64,000 nucleotides of DNA from Deltaproteobacteria bacterium. GTDB lineage: Bacteria; Myxococcota_A; UBA9160; SZUA-336. Below the pieces are notes generated by a model that was not told the DNA's origin, made no database searches, and saw nothing but the letters and a program-made list of their open reading frames with translations. Below are positions 11,470 through 22,381 of this stretch, piece after piece (the first letter of the stretch is position 1; each line of letters starts with the position of its first letter). Both the position numbers and the translations under genes were made by a program. The DNA lies in the NCBI GenBank assembly GCA_029261925.1, contig JAJDAJ010000054.1, positions 2,670 to 66,669 of the forward strand. Direction: 5' to 3'.

Positions 11470-11951
11470 TCGATCTCGGTCGAGTGATCCGCGTCAGCGT
11501 CGCGTTCGTGCTCGGCTTCGGGGCGATGGTCTGGTCGGGCGCGGCGGGGCTCGATCAGCTGGGCAGCCCGCGTACCCGGCTGCTCGCGGAGCTGAACGCG
11601 CTTCGCGTCGCCGGCGACCTCGCGCCGCTGACGGCCAGCCCCGCACTCGGGCGCGCGGCGCGCTGGGAGCTGCAACGCCTGGCCGGAGAGCCCGCCGGGA
11701 CGCCGCCCTCTCCGCCCGGGATCCTCGAGCGCGTCGCCCGCGAGCGCGGCTGGAAAGGCGCAGCTGCCCCCCGTGTCCTGGCGCTGCGGGCCGCGGACGC
11801 CGAGCTCCCGTGCAGCGCCCACGCGGGTGCAACCTGGAGTGAGAGCCCGGGTGGGAGGCACGTGCTGCTGGACATCCGCGCGCGTCACGCTGCGCTCGCA
11901 CTCGCGACCGACGCCCGCGGCGCGAGCCTCTGCGTGCTCGTCGTCGGCTAG
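11466..11951 (+). CDS. CAP (SCP-like) domain exported protein, divergent
   Basis: N-terminal TM/signal; LLAELNALRVAGDLAPLTASPALGRAAR; W-S-E-S-P-G-G-R-H-V-L-L; GTGA overlap with the upstream gene. Confidence 0.6.
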   Translation: MIDLGRVIRVSVAFVLGFGAMVWSGAAGLDQLGSPRTRLLAELNALRVAGDLAPLTASPALGRAARWELQRLAGEPAGTPPSPPGILERVARERGWKGAAAPRVLALRAADAELPCSAHAGATWSESPGGRHVLLDIRARHAALALATDARGASLCVLVVG

Positions 11952-12069
11952 CAGGCTGCTGAAAATCGACCGAGGTGGGCTCGCTGGCTGATCGCGTAGC
12001 CCGGATGCCGGACCGTCCCGCAGCTCGCCGACGAGCCCGCGCGTGCCGTGGCCGCATCCGCCCCCAGCG

Positions 12070-12873
12070 TCACGCGGGTCGCTCGCTGCCGGGACGGTGG
12101 CGCGCCTGCTCCGCCATGCGCCCGACCGCGGCCGCCTCGTCGGGGCGCAGGCGTCGCCACTCGCCGGGCCGCAGACCCCGGAGCTTCAGCGGCCCGAACT
12201 GCACGCGCACCAGGCGGCGAACCGGGTGGCCGGCGGACTCGAACATGCGCCGCAGCTGACGCCGCTGGCCCTCCACGAGCTGCACCTGGAGCTTGGTGCG
12301 CGACTCGTCCCGCGACACCAGCGAGATCTCGCACGGACGCGTGTGCTCCCCGGGGCCGATCTCCACCCCGGCGGCGAGGCTCGACATCACCCCGGCGTCG
12401 ACCACGCCGTCCACCGTGACCAGGTAGACCCGCGGGACCTCGAACGAGGGATGCAGCATGGCCTGCGCCAGCAGACCGTCGTTGGTCAGCAGCACCAGCC
12501 CCTCGCTCGCGGCGTCGAGGCGGCCGACCGGGAACAGTCGCTCCCGCGCTCGCACCAGCTCGACCACGGTGCGCCGCGCCTGCGGGTCGTCGGTGGTGGT
12601 GACCACGCCGCGGGGCTTGTGGACGATGTAGTAGCGCGGGGGCGTGCGTGCCGGCAGCCGGCGACCGTCCACCCGCACGCGATCGCGCGCCGGATCGATG
12701 CGCGTTCCGGGCCGCGTGACCACGCGCCCGTTGACGCTGACGCGACCCTCGGCGATCAGCTCCTCGGCCGCGCGCCGCGACGCCAGTCCCGCCGCGGCGA
12801 TGACCTTCTGGAGCCGCTCCCCGCGGGGCCGGTCAGCCCGCGGTCTGGAGCGCCGGTCCGGTCGGCGGCCCAT
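12070..12873 (-). CDS. rluB: rRNA pseudouridine synthase (RluB/RsuA family)
   Basis: S4 domain ERLQKVIAAAGLASRRAAEELI, HKPRGVV, VGRLD; follows scpAB. Confidence 0.92.
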   Translation of the reverse strand: MGRRPDRRSRPRADRPRGERLQKVIAAAGLASRRAAEELIAEGRVSVNGRVVTRPGTRIDPARDRVRVDGRRLPARTPPRYYIVHKPRGVVTTTDDPQARRTVVELVRARERLFPVGRLDAASEGLVLLTNDGLLAQAMLHPSFEVPRVYLVTVDGVVDAGVMSSLAAGVEIGPGEHTRPCEISLVSRDESRTKLQVQLVEGQRRQLRRMFESAGHPVRRLVRVQFGPLKLRGLRPGEWRRLRPDEAAAVGRMAEQARHRPGSERPA

Positions 12874-13489
12874 CCTGACCGTCCTCGGCTGCCGCGTCGT
12901 GCTCCGGCTCCCCCGGCTCGGGGTCGCCCTCGCTCGCGGGGGCACCCGGCGTCCCGCCGCTCGCCTCCTCCAGCGGCTCGAGCTCGCGCAGCGAGGGCAT
13001 GTCGCGCAGCGAGGCGAGGCCGAAGGTCTCCAGGAAGGCCGAGGTCGTGCCGTAGAGCGCGGGCCGGCCCGGGGCGTCGCGGCGCCCGACGATGCGCAGC
13101 AGGTCTCGCTCGAGCAGGCTGCGGATCACCGCGCCGCAGTCCACGCAGCGCACGTCCTCGATCTCGGCGCGGGTGACGGGCTGGCGGTAGGCAATCACCG
13201 CCAGGGTCTCGAGTGCGGCCTTCGACAGCCGCACGCGGCGCTCGGGCTGGGCGCGCAGCAGCAGGTCGCCGTGCTCCGCGCGCGTGCGGAACTGGTAGCC
13301 GCCCGCGATCGACGCGATCTCGTAGGGACGCCCGGTCTCGCGCAGCTGCTCGTTGATCTGCTCGACCGCCTCCGCCACGCGCGCCGGCGTCATGTCGCGC
13401 ATGACCTTGCGCACGGCAGCCACGGACAGCGGCGTGTCGGCCGCGAAGATCAGCGCCTCGAGCTCCTGGAGTCGCTCGGTCTCGCTCAC
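12833..13489 (-). CDS. scpB: SMC-Scp complex subunit ScpB
   Basis: LEALIFA, GGYQFRT, LSKAALETLAVIAYRQPVTRAEIE, PGRPALYGTT. Confidence 0.96.
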   Translation of the reverse strand: MSETERLQELEALIFAADTPLSVAAVRKVMRDMTPARVAEAVEQINEQLRETGRPYEIASIAGGYQFRTRAEHGDLLLRAQPERRVRLSKAALETLAVIAYRQPVTRAEIEDVRCVDCGAVIRSLLERDLLRIVGRRDAPGRPALYGTTSAFLETFGLASLRDMPSLRELEPLEEASGGTPGAPASEGDPEPGEPEHDAAAEDGQDGPPTGPALQTAG

Positions 13490-14403
13490 GTCTCCTCCTG
13501 TGCGTCCGGGCCCGCGGTCGCGGCCTCGCCATCGCCATCCTCGAGGGTCGTGCGCTCGGCGAGCTCCGCCTCGGCGCGGTCGGCCGCCGCGGCGATCTGC
13601 GAGTCATCGGGCGCGCCCTGCACTGCGAGCCGCACCCGGACGGGCCCGACGGGGGCGCCCTCGCTGCCCGTGTTCTGGAAGAGCAGCAGGGCCTGGATCT
13701 TGGCCAGCTCGAGCAGCGCCAGGAACGTGACGACCACGCGCCCCCGGTTCAGCACGCCATCGGCCAGCAGGTCCTCGAAGAGCATCGGAGCACCTTCGAG
13801 GCGGCGCAGGCGGTCCATCACGTAGACCATCCGGTCGCGCAGCGTGAAGCGCTCGAGCTGCACCTGGTGATGGCGCTCCTCGGCCGGGATGCGCGCCAGC
13901 ACGCGCTGCATGGCCTCGACCAGCGCGAACAGGCTGACCGCGAGCTCGGCCTCCCGCTCCGGGATCTGCGACGCATCGGCCTGCCCCTCGAAGACGTCGC
14001 GACCCAGCCGGGGCCGCTCCCCGAGCGCCTGCGCGGCCTCCTGGAAGATCGCGTACTCGGCCAGGCGCCGGGCCAGCTCCGCCCGGGGGTCGAGGCCGGG
14101 GTCGTCGTCCCCGTCGGGATCCACCGGCAGGAGCATCCGCGACTTGATGTGCGCGAGGGTCGCCGCCATCAGCAGGTACTCGGCCGCCACGTCGATGTCG
14201 AGCTGGCGCATCAGCTCGAGGTACTCGAGGTACTGCTCCGACAGCAGGGCGATCGGGATGTTCGTGATGTCGACCTCGTTCGCGCGGCACAGATGCAGCA
14301 GGAGGTCGAGCGGACCATCGAATACGGGGAGGCGCACGGCGCAGGTGGCTGCGCGTGCGATGCCCTCGCCGGGCGGACTGGAGTCGATGACAGGCTGGGT
14401 CAC
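13486..14403 (-). CDS. scpA: Segregation/condensation protein ScpA
   Basis: FDGPLDLLLHL, AEYLLMAATLAHIKSRMLLP, VVTFLALLEL. Confidence 0.96.
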   Translation of the reverse strand: MTQPVIDSSPPGEGIARAATCAVRLPVFDGPLDLLLHLCRANEVDITNIPIALLSEQYLEYLELMRQLDIDVAAEYLLMAATLAHIKSRMLLPVDPDGDDDPGLDPRAELARRLAEYAIFQEAAQALGERPRLGRDVFEGQADASQIPEREAELAVSLFALVEAMQRVLARIPAEERHHQVQLERFTLRDRMVYVMDRLRRLEGAPMLFEDLLADGVLNRGRVVVTFLALLELAKIQALLLFQNTGSEGAPVGPVRVRLAVQGAPDDSQIAAAADRAEAELAERTTLEDGDGEAATAGPDAQEET

Positions 14404-14484
14404 GGCGATCTGGCGGGGGCTACGCCTGCCCGCGCGGGGCGGGCCACGGCCAGAGTACCCCAGCGCCGCCGCCGCGCCAGCGGC

Positions 14485-15375
14485 TCAGCCCGGCGCGCCG
14501 CGCGGATGGCGCTGCTCGACCAGCTCGCGCAGACGCTGGCGCGTGACGTGCGTGTAGATCTCGGTGGTCTCGATGTCGGCGTGGCCGAGGAGCTCCTGCA
14601 CGCTGCGCAGGTCGGCGCCGCCCTCGAGCAGGTGCGTCGCGAAGCTGTGGCGCAGCACGTGCGGCGTGAGGCGCTCCCGCAGGCCCAGCGGCGTCGCGTA
14701 GTGGCGCACCCGGTACCACACCGCCTGGCGGCTCAGCCCGTGGCCGCGTGCCGAGAGGAAGACCGCCTCCTCGGCCGGGTCGCGCAGCCAGCCTGGCCGC
14801 ACGCCGTCCAGGTACTCCTGCAGGGCCTCGACCGCGGGCTCGCCGATCAGCCCGAGCCGTTCCCTGCGGCCCTTGCCGTAGACGGTGCAGGTCCGCGAGG
14901 CCAGGTGCAGGTCGGGCAGGCGCAGGCCCACCAGCTCCGACACGCGCAGACCCGCGGCATAGAGCAGCTCGAACATGGCCCGGTCGCGACGGCCTACCGG
15001 CGAATCGTCGGGGGCCGCGAGCAGCGCCTCCACCTCCACGGCGGCCAGCACGCGCGGCACGCGGCGGCCGCGCCGCGGACGCGCCACGTCGGCGAGCGGA
15101 TCGCTGTGCAGCCAGCCCTGCGCCCGGCAGAACGCCAGGAGTCGCGAGACCGCCGAGAGCGCCCGGCCGCGCGTCGAGGCGGCGCAGCCCCGCCGCGCCA
15201 GGCGGTCGACGAAGCGGCGCACGTCGGCCGCATCGATGCGGGCGGCATCGCCCCCGCCGATCGCATCGGCGAGTCCGGCCAGGTCGCGCGCGTAGGCCTC
15301 GATCGTGGCCGCTGCGAGGCCGCGCTCGACGGCCAGGTGGTCCAGGAAGGCGTCGATCGCGACCTCGACCTTCAA
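14485..15375 (-). CDS. xerD: Site-specific tyrosine recombinase XerD
   Basis: TTG start overlapping the glnD stop; RDRAMFELLYAAGLRVSEL, GKGRRER, TPHVLRHSFATHLLEGGADLRSVQELLGH, TTEIYTHV. Confidence 0.9.
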   Translation of the reverse strand: MKVEVAIDAFLDHLAVERGLAAATIEAYARDLAGLADAIGGGDAARIDAADVRRFVDRLARRGCAASTRGRALSAVSRLLAFCRAQGWLHSDPLADVARPRRGRRVPRVLAAVEVEALLAAPDDSPVGRRDRAMFELLYAAGLRVSELVGLRLPDLHLASRTCTVYGKGRRERLGLIGEPAVEALQEYLDGVRPGWLRDPAEEAVFLSARGHGLSRQAVWYRVRHYATPLGLRERLTPHVLRHSFATHLLEGGADLRSVQELLGHADIETTEIYTHVTRQRLRELVEQRHPRGAPG

Positions 15376-18074
15376 GCGCCCTCGCTCCGCGCGAGCACCT
15401 CGAGCAGCGCGGTCTCGATCTCCTTGCAGCGCCGCTCGTCGGTGACCTTCTGGCCGTGCTGCGACACGTAGAACGCATCGATCGCGCGCCGTGCGCGCGT
15501 CGACGCCCGCGACATCTCGATGTCCAGTCCCAGCTCGCTCAGCGCCGTCGTCACCTCGTGCAGCAGGCCGGGCCGGTCGTTGGTCGAGACGTCGATCACG
15601 GTGTAGAAGTCCGAGGCGCCGTTCGAGATCAGGACCCGCGGCGCCCGCACCCGGACGGCCCCGTCGGGCACCTCCGTGCGGACGCGCCGCACGGGCGGCC
15701 GCTCGTCGCCCTCGAGCGCGGAGTCCAGTCGTCGTCCGATCCGCTGCCGCTCCGAGGCTTCCTCGGGCTCCCCGCCGGCGATCGGCGCCACCTGGTAGAT
15801 CTCGAGCGCCAGCCCGCCCCGCGTGGTGTAGACCGAGGCCCGGAGCACGTCGTGCCCGCAGGCCGTCAGCACCCCCGCGACCCGCGAGAACAGCCCCGGG
15901 CGGTCGCGTCCCAGGACCACGACGCCCCAGAAGCCCTCGGGTGTCTCTCCGGGCCGGAAGCTGTACACGCCGACATCCCGGCCGCTGCGCATGAAGTCGA
16001 GCGCCATGCTCAGGTGCTGGGCGATCTCCTGCGCGTTGTGGTCGAGCACGTAGCGCCGGGGCATGGCCTCGAGCAGCGCCCGCGCCTGCTCCGGATCTCC
16101 GCCGGCCGCGCCCAGCAGCTCCAGCGCACCGGCCTGGTTCTCCTCGGCACGCGTCATCGCGCGCTCCAGGAAGAACTGCGAGGCGTCCCCCTCGCTCGCC
16201 TCGAGCCACTCCGCAGTGTTGCGGTACAGCACGGTGAGCTGGCTGTGCTTCCAGGTGGTCCACGCCTCGGGGGACACGCTGCGGATGTCGGCGACCGTCG
16301 AGAGGTACAGGACCCGGAGCCGCTCGCGCGTCAGGCAGAGCGTGGCCAGGTTCTGGATCGTCCGCGGGTCGTTGACGTCGCGCCGGTCCGCCATGCCGCT
16401 CATGGTCAGATGGTGCAGCACGATGAAGTCGACGATCTCCGCCTCCTCCTCGTCGAGATGCAGCCGCTCCGCCACCGGCGGGATCATCTTCGCGCCCTTG
16501 ACGCAGTGCCCGCCCCCGTAGCCCTTGCCGATGTCGTGGAGCAGGCAGCCGAGGTAAACGGCGAACGGCTGCTCGAGGTCGCGCATGAGCTCCGTCGCGA
16601 GGGGCAGGTCGTCGGCATGGTTGCCCTTGCGGATCCGGCGCAGCTGCTCGACGAGGAAGAGCGAGTGAACGTCCACCGTGTACGTGTGGTACATGTCCTG
16701 CTGCCACAGCCCGAAGAGGTGCTCCCACTCCGGGATGTAGGCCCCCAGCAGGCCGGCCTCGTTGATCGCGCGCAGGGTCCTGTATACCCGTATCGGGGAG
16801 CTCAGGATCTGACGGAAGATGCGCGCGGCCTCCGGGTCACAGCGGAACGCATCGTCGATCAGCGGCACGTGCTCGTGCACCAGCGCCTGGGCGCGCGGAG
16901 AGAGATCCACGTCGTGATGCTGCGCCACCGCGAACGCCGAGAGCAGGCGCTGGGGCCGCTCCTGGAGCAGCGACGCGCGCGGGATCTCGAGCTTGCCGTC
17001 GACGATCGCGAAGCCGTCCGAGACCAGGTACGCGCTGCGCGCCAGGCGGGTCCGGCGCCGATCCACGAGCTGCAGGGCCCGCTCCTGTACGCCGGTGCTC
17101 ACGCGGTGGATGGCCTTGGCGTGCAGGTAGTAGTCCCGCATCAGCTGCTCGGGCGCGGTCTGCTCGGGCGTGTCCTCGAGACCGAACAGGGCGACCAGGC
17201 GCTCCTGCGCCTCGTAGTGCAGGCGGTCGCCCTTGCGCGCGGCGCGCTGCAGCTCGTTGCGGATGCGCCACACGAACTCCAGCGCCTCGACCAGCTCCGC
17301 GACCTCGCCCTCCTCCACGAACGCGTGCTTGCGCAGGTCCTCCGGCGTCCGCACCGCCCACTGCGCGGCGCGGGCGGTCCACATGGCGGTGTGGTGATCG
17401 CGCAGGCCCCCGACACTCTCCTTGATGTTCGGCTGCAGCAGGAAGAGCGACTCGCCCATCTTCGCGTGGCGCTGTGCCTGCTCCTCGAGCTTGCCCTCGA
17501 CGAAGGCAAGCGCGTTCTTGCGGATGTAGCCACGCACGTCGCGCTCCAGCTCGGCGAACAGAGCCAGGTCCCCGATCAGGAAGCGCGCGTCCAGGTACGA
17601 GGTGAGCGTGGGCAGGTCCTGGCGCCCGAAGCGCATGCACTCGGTGATCGTGCGGGTGGCGTGGCCCACCGTCAGGCCCGCGTCCCAGAGCCGGTGCGTG
17701 ATCGTCTCGGCCAGGGTCTCGACGTAGGCGTTGACCTTGCCGCGGTAGATGAACAGCAGGTCGATGTCCGAGCCGAGCGAGAGCTCACGGCGCCCGTAGC
17801 CCCCGACGGCGACCACGGCCATGCCGAAGCTCGCCAGACGCGGGTGCTCCTCGAAGAACGCGTTCTCCGCGACCCGGAACAGGCGCCGGATCAGCCGATC
17901 GATGCCCTCGGCGTGCGCGTCGTTGACCACGCTGCCGCGGGCGCCGCCGTCGTGCAGGGCGAGAACGTGCGCCCGCATGGCCTCCAGATAGGCGGCCGTC
18001 GCCTCGTTCAGCGCCCGGCTGACCGGCGCGCCGGCCCGCTCGTCGGGGAAGAAATCCTCGCAGACCGGCTGCAC
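15372..18074 (-). CDS. glnD: [Protein-PII] uridylyltransferase
   Basis: AVGGYGRRELSLGSDIDL, PNIKESVGGLRD, HTYTVDVH, LLHDIGKG, two ACT domains (DRPGL). Confidence 0.95.
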   Translation of the reverse strand: MQPVCEDFFPDERAGAPVSRALNEATAAYLEAMRAHVLALHDGGARGSVVNDAHAEGIDRLIRRLFRVAENAFFEEHPRLASFGMAVVAVGGYGRRELSLGSDIDLLFIYRGKVNAYVETLAETITHRLWDAGLTVGHATRTITECMRFGRQDLPTLTSYLDARFLIGDLALFAELERDVRGYIRKNALAFVEGKLEEQAQRHAKMGESLFLLQPNIKESVGGLRDHHTAMWTARAAQWAVRTPEDLRKHAFVEEGEVAELVEALEFVWRIRNELQRAARKGDRLHYEAQERLVALFGLEDTPEQTAPEQLMRDYYLHAKAIHRVSTGVQERALQLVDRRRTRLARSAYLVSDGFAIVDGKLEIPRASLLQERPQRLLSAFAVAQHHDVDLSPRAQALVHEHVPLIDDAFRCDPEAARIFRQILSSPIRVYRTLRAINEAGLLGAYIPEWEHLFGLWQQDMYHTYTVDVHSLFLVEQLRRIRKGNHADDLPLATELMRDLEQPFAVYLGCLLHDIGKGYGGGHCVKGAKMIPPVAERLHLDEEEAEIVDFIVLHHLTMSGMADRRDVNDPRTIQNLATLCLTRERLRVLYLSTVADIRSVSPEAWTTWKHSQLTVLYRNTAEWLEASEGDASQFFLERAMTRAEENQAGALELLGAAGGDPEQARALLEAMPRRYVLDHNAQEIAQHLSMALDFMRSGRDVGVYSFRPGETPEGFWGVVVLGRDRPGLFSRVAGVLTACGHDVLRASVYTTRGGLALEIYQVAPIAGGEPEEASERQRIGRRLDSALEGDERPPVRRVRTEVPDGAVRVRAPRVLISNGASDFYTVIDVSTNDRPGLLHEVTTALSELGLDIEMSRASTRARRAIDAFYVSQHGQKVTDERRCKEIETALLEVLARSEGA

Positions 18075-18078
18075 GCGC

Positions 18079-19218
18079 TCACCGTCCAGCGACCAGGCTC
18101 CTCGCGTGCTGGTCGCGATACGCCCGGACACCGCGCGCGATGGAGTGCGCCGCGGTCCGCGCGAAGTCGCGGCTCGCCAGGCGCTTGCCCTCGGCTCGGT
18201 TGGAGACGAACCCGACTTCCACGAGAATGGCCGGCATGTCGGCCTGGAAGAGTACCAGGAAGGGTCCCCGCTTGACGCCGAGGTCCTCGACGCTGCCGTA
18301 GCGCTTGCGGAGGCCGCTGACGAGCGCGTCGTGGACGCTCCCGGCGACCCGGGCCGCGAAGCGCTCGTTGTAGCCCAGCCGCAGCGAGGCCAGGATCTTC
18401 TGGAGCTCGCTCAGCTCCCCCACGCTGGTGCCGTTCTCGCGGGCGGCCACGCGCGCGGTCTGGCGGTCGTAGCGCGTGTCGAGCAGGTAGGTCTCGACCC
18501 CCGAGGTGCGGCGGTTGGGAGAGGCATTGGCGTGGACCGAGATGAACAGATCGGCATCGAGCTGGTTGGCCCGCTGCGTGCGCTGCTGGAGCGTCAGGAA
18601 CTCGTCGCGGTCGCGCGTGAGCACGGCCTCGAAGCCGTCGCGACGCAGCTGCGCCGCCAGCTCGCGCGAGATGCGCAGCACCACGTCCTTCTCGCGCAGC
18701 CGGTCGACGCCGAGCGCGCCCGGATCCTTCCCGCCGTGGCCCGCGTCGACCACGATGCGCTGCACCGGCCGAGTGTCGAAGGCATCGACGCCCGGCGGCT
18801 TCTCGCGCCGCGGCGGCGCCGAGGCGCCCTGCCGGTAGATGTCGGCGACGATCCGGAAGGGATCCCGGAGGTGGAACACGCGGTAGCCGCGCTCCGGGCC
18901 GTCGAGCTCGAGCACGACCCGCGCCCGGGTCAGCGTGTTCTGACCGCCGCGCACGCGGCGAACGGGCGTCGCGCCGCCCCGCTCCCGGACCGCGGCCAGC
19001 GGGCCGTCGAGCCAGACGCCATCGATGTCCACGTACAGCCGCGGCGGCTGCGCCAGCTGGTTGACCTCGTAGTCGACCTCGCGCGAGAGCTCGATCACCA
19101 CCCGGGTATGGGTGTCGTGATCGAACACGCGGATGTCGGCCACGTCGCCCAGGCCCGGCGGACGATCCGCGGCGACCAGGGCCAGCAGTAGCCCCACGAG
19201 CAGCAGCGGCCGCCTCAC
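18079..19218 (-). CDS. amiC: N-acetylmuramoyl-L-alanine amidase (AMIN + Amidase_3)
   Basis: Signal peptide, AMIN domain, [28 protein letters not shown]. Confidence 0.92.
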   Translation of the reverse strand: MRRPLLLVGLLLALVAADRPPGLGDVADIRVFDHDTHTRVVIELSREVDYEVNQLAQPPRLYVDIDGVWLDGPLAAVRERGGATPVRRVRGGQNTLTRARVVLELDGPERGYRVFHLRDPFRIVADIYRQGASAPPRREKPPGVDAFDTRPVQRIVVDAGHGGKDPGALGVDRLREKDVVLRISRELAAQLRRDGFEAVLTRDRDEFLTLQQRTQRANQLDADLFISVHANASPNRRTSGVETYLLDTRYDRQTARVAARENGTSVGELSELQKILASLRLGYNERFAARVAGSVHDALVSGLRKRYGSVEDLGVKRGPFLVLFQADMPAILVEVGFVSNRAEGKRLASRDFARTAAHSIARGVRAYRDQHARSLVAGR

Positions 19219-21764
19219 CCGCGCTCCAGCAGCTCGCGCTTCAGGCGCTCGAGCTCGACCAGCGCCTCGAGCGGCGTCATGCGCTCGGGCTCCAGGGCCC
19301 GGATCCGCTCCAGCAGCGGGTCCGGCCCGCCGTCGAAGAGATCGAGCTGGGACGGGGGGCCCTGCCCCGCGCCCCGCGCCAGTCGCGGCCTCCCGCGCTC
19401 ATCGAACTCGCCCCCTTCCAGGTTCGCCAGCACCTCGCGCGCCCGGCGGATGACGGCCGCGGGCAGGCCCGCGTGGCGCGCGACGTCGATTCCGTAGCTC
19501 CGGCTGGCGGCTCCCGGCTCCATGCGGCGCAGGAAGACGACGTCGCCGTCGCGCTCCGCGCAGGTGAAGTGGAAGTTGCGGACAGCGGCCTTGGTTCCCG
19601 CCAGGTCCGCCAGCTCGTGATAGTGGGTCGCGAACAAGGTGCGCGGCCGCAACCCCGGGGCGTCGTGCAGGTGCTCCGCGACCGCCCAGGCGAGCGAAAG
19701 TCCGTCGAAAGTCGAGGTGCCGCGCCCGATCTCGTCGAGCAGCACCAGGCTGCGGGGTGTGGCCTCGCACAGGATCGTGGCGGTCTCGCGCATCTCCACC
19801 ATGAACGTGCTCTCGCCCGTCGCCTGCGAGTCCGACGCACCCACCCGCGTGAAGATCCGGTCGACCGTGCCGATACGCGCGCGCCGGGCCGGAACCCACG
19901 CGCCCATCTGCGCGAGCACCGTCGTCAGCCCCACCTGACGCAGCAGCGTGGACTTCCCGGCCATGTTCGGGCCGGTCAGGATCAGCAGCGCGCCGTCGTC
20001 GCGATCCACGACCACGTCATTGGGCACGAAGCCGTCGCGGACCAGGCCCTCGACCACCGGGTGGCGGCCCTGCTCGATCTCGAGACGCGTGCCAGCGTCG
20101 ATCTCGGGCGCGACGCAGTCGCGCTCGCGCGCCACGGCGGCCAGGGAGCGCACCACGTCGAGCCTCGCGATGCGAGCGCCGAGCTCCCGCAGGCGGCCCG
20201 CCTGCTCGCGCACCCGGCCGCGCAGCGCCTCGAGCACGCGTGCCTCGGCCGCCGCGGCGGTCTCGCGCCCCCGCAGCACCAGGCCTTCCCAGCGCTCGAG
20301 CTCGTCGGTCACGTAGCGCTCGGCGTTCGCCGTGGTCTGCTTGCGCCGGTACTCGCCGGGGACGTCGCCGCTGCGAGCCTTGCTGACCTCGATGCTGTAG
20401 CCGAAGACCCGGTTGTACTTGACGCGCAGCGTGCCGATCCCGGTGCGCTCCCGCTCCCGCGCCTCGAGCTCGGCGAAGAAGCGGTCGCCGTCCACGGCCC
20501 CGCGGCGCAGCTCGTCGACCTCCGCATCCACGCCGTCGCGCACGTAGCCCACGTAGGCCTCGCCCCGGGGCGGCTGCGGCGGGTCGTCCACGAGCGCGCG
20601 CTCCAGCTCCTCGCGCAGCGCGTCCACCCGGTCGCCCAGGGATTCGATCGAGTCCACCGTCTCCACGGCCCGCAGGCTCGCGCGCAGGGCGGCGAGCTCG
20701 CGCGGGCCGCCCGCCGGCAGGCACACGCGGGTGATCAGGCGCTCGAGGTCGCCGACCCCGCGCAGCGCCTGCCCGAGCGCGTCGCGCCGTCGATCGGCCT
20801 CGACCCAGGCCCCGATCTCCGCCTGCCGGTCGCGGATCGCCTGCGGGTCGAGCAGCGGCTCGCCGAGCCAGCGCGTCAGCGCGCGCCGGCCCATGGGCGT
20901 GCGCGTGTCGTCGAGCCACGCCAGCAGCGTGCCCTCGGCTCCGCCGTCGCCCTGGGCACGGAAGAGCTCCAGGTGGCGGCGCGTCGAGGCGTCGATCAGC
21001 AGGTGCGCGGCCGCGCTGTACGGCCGCACGCGCTCGATCTGCTCGAGGGCCAGCGGCTGCAGCGCCGCGATGCGCGCCCAGAGCCCCGCGGCCGCGCGCG
21101 CCCCCGCGCCCGTTCCCTCCAGCCCCGGGGGCAGGCGGCCGACGCGCGCCGCCACGCCCGCGGGGTCGAAGTCCGCATCGGGCACGCAGAGGGGCACCCG
21201 GGTCGTGGCGATCTGCTTGTCGGCGTCGCGCGCGATCAGCTCGCGCGGCGCGATGCGGTCGAGCTCGGCCTCGATCACGGCGCGCTGCTCGGACTCGGTG
21301 CAGCGCAGCTCCCCGGTCGACACGTCGGCAAACGCCAGGCCCCAGCGCTCCCCGTCGTGCAGGACGGCCGCGCTGTAGTTCGCCTGCGCACCCTCGAGCC
21401 GCTCCGCGTTCGCGACCAGGCCGGGGGTGACCACCTCGACGATCTCGCGCCGCACCAGGCCGCGTGCCTGCTTGGGGTCCTCGGTCTGCTCGGCGATCGC
21501 GACCGAGAAGCCCGCGGCCAGCAGCTTGCGGATGTAGCCCTCGGCGGCGTGGTACGGCACGCCGCACATCGGGATCGGATCGGGCGTGTCGCGATCGCGC
21601 GTGGTGAGCACCAGGTCGAGGGCCGGTGCGGCGATCTCGGCGTCGCCCTCGAACAGCTCGTAGAAATCGCCCATGCGGAACAGCAGCAGCGCCTCGCCCG
21701 CCTCGCGCCGGAGCGCGCGGTACTGGCGCATCATCGGAGTGTCGCCGCGCCGCTTCCCACCCAT
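19215..21764 (-). CDS. mutS: DNA mismatch repair protein MutS
   Basis: [51 protein letters not shown]. Confidence 0.98.
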   Translation of the reverse strand: MGGKRRGDTPMMRQYRALRREAGEALLLFRMGDFYELFEGDAEIAAPALDLVLTTRDRDTPDPIPMCGVPYHAAEGYIRKLLAAGFSVAIAEQTEDPKQARGLVRREIVEVVTPGLVANAERLEGAQANYSAAVLHDGERWGLAFADVSTGELRCTESEQRAVIEAELDRIAPRELIARDADKQIATTRVPLCVPDADFDPAGVAARVGRLPPGLEGTGAGARAAAGLWARIAALQPLALEQIERVRPYSAAAHLLIDASTRRHLELFRAQGDGGAEGTLLAWLDDTRTPMGRRALTRWLGEPLLDPQAIRDRQAEIGAWVEADRRRDALGQALRGVGDLERLITRVCLPAGGPRELAALRASLRAVETVDSIESLGDRVDALREELERALVDDPPQPPRGEAYVGYVRDGVDAEVDELRRGAVDGDRFFAELEARERERTGIGTLRVKYNRVFGYSIEVSKARSGDVPGEYRRKQTTANAERYVTDELERWEGLVLRGRETAAAAEARVLEALRGRVREQAGRLRELGARIARLDVVRSLAAVARERDCVAPEIDAGTRLEIEQGRHPVVEGLVRDGFVPNDVVVDRDDGALLILTGPNMAGKSTLLRQVGLTTVLAQMGAWVPARRARIGTVDRIFTRVGASDSQATGESTFMVEMRETATILCEATPRSLVLLDEIGRGTSTFDGLSLAWAVAEHLHDAPGLRPRTLFATHYHELADLAGTKAAVRNFHFTCAERDGDVVFLRRMEPGAASRSYGIDVARHAGLPAAVIRRAREVLANLEGGEFDERGRPRLARGAGQGPPSQLDLFDGGPDPLLERIRALEPERMTPLEALVELERLKRELLERG

Positions 21765-21890
21765 CCCGGCGCGAGTCTAGCCCGTATTCCGCGCGCCGCG
21801 GCGGGCGGCGCTGCGGACCGCCCCGCTCCTCCGCGGCAGCCGGGGCCGATCGGGTATGCTGCGCCCCCACCCGAGCCCGGAGGCCCCGGA

Positions 21891-22367
21891 GTGCCGGACC
21901 GACCCTTTCGCATTCTCGGATTGCAGCAGATCGCCGTGGGCGCCGACGACAAGTCGCGCCTGCGGGCCCTCTGGGTCGACCTGCTCGGCCTGACGCCGGC
22001 CGGCAGCTACCGCAGCGAGTCCGAGAACGTCGACGAGGACATCGCGACCGCGGGCGCCGGCGCCTTCCGGGTCGAGGTCGACCTGATGCAGCCCGTCGAC
22101 CCCACGGGGCGGCCCCGGGTGAACGACCCGGCGCTCAATCACGTCGGGCTGTGGGTCGACGACCTGGCGGCCGCGGTCGAGTGGCTGGGCCAGCAGGGCG
22201 TGCGCTTCACGCCGGGGGGCATCCGCAAGGGCGCTGCGGGGCACGACGTGTGCTTCATCCACCCCAAGGGCAACGACGCGACGCCGCGCGGGGGCGAGGG
22301 TGTGCTGATCGAGCTGGTGCAGGCCCCGGCCGACGTGATCGAGGCGTATCGCGCGCTCGAGGCGTGA
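21891..22367 (+). CDS. VOC family protein (methylmalonyl-CoA epimerase/glyoxalase-like)
   Basis: [44 protein letters not shown]. Confidence 0.88.
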   Translation: MPDRPFRILGLQQIAVGADDKSRLRALWVDLLGLTPAGSYRSESENVDEDIATAGAGAFRVEVDLMQPVDPTGRPRVNDPALNHVGLWVDDLAAAVEWLGQQGVRFTPGGIRKGAAGHDVCFIHPKGNDATPRGGEGVLIELVQAPADVIEAYRALEA

Positions 22368-22381
22368 GCGTCCCCGGCGGC

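Noticed and set aside
14485-15375. Tyrosine recombinase as a prophage/ICE integrase
   Set aside because: XerD signature, coupled to glnD and next to scpAB; no att site, tRNA or mobile genes nearby.
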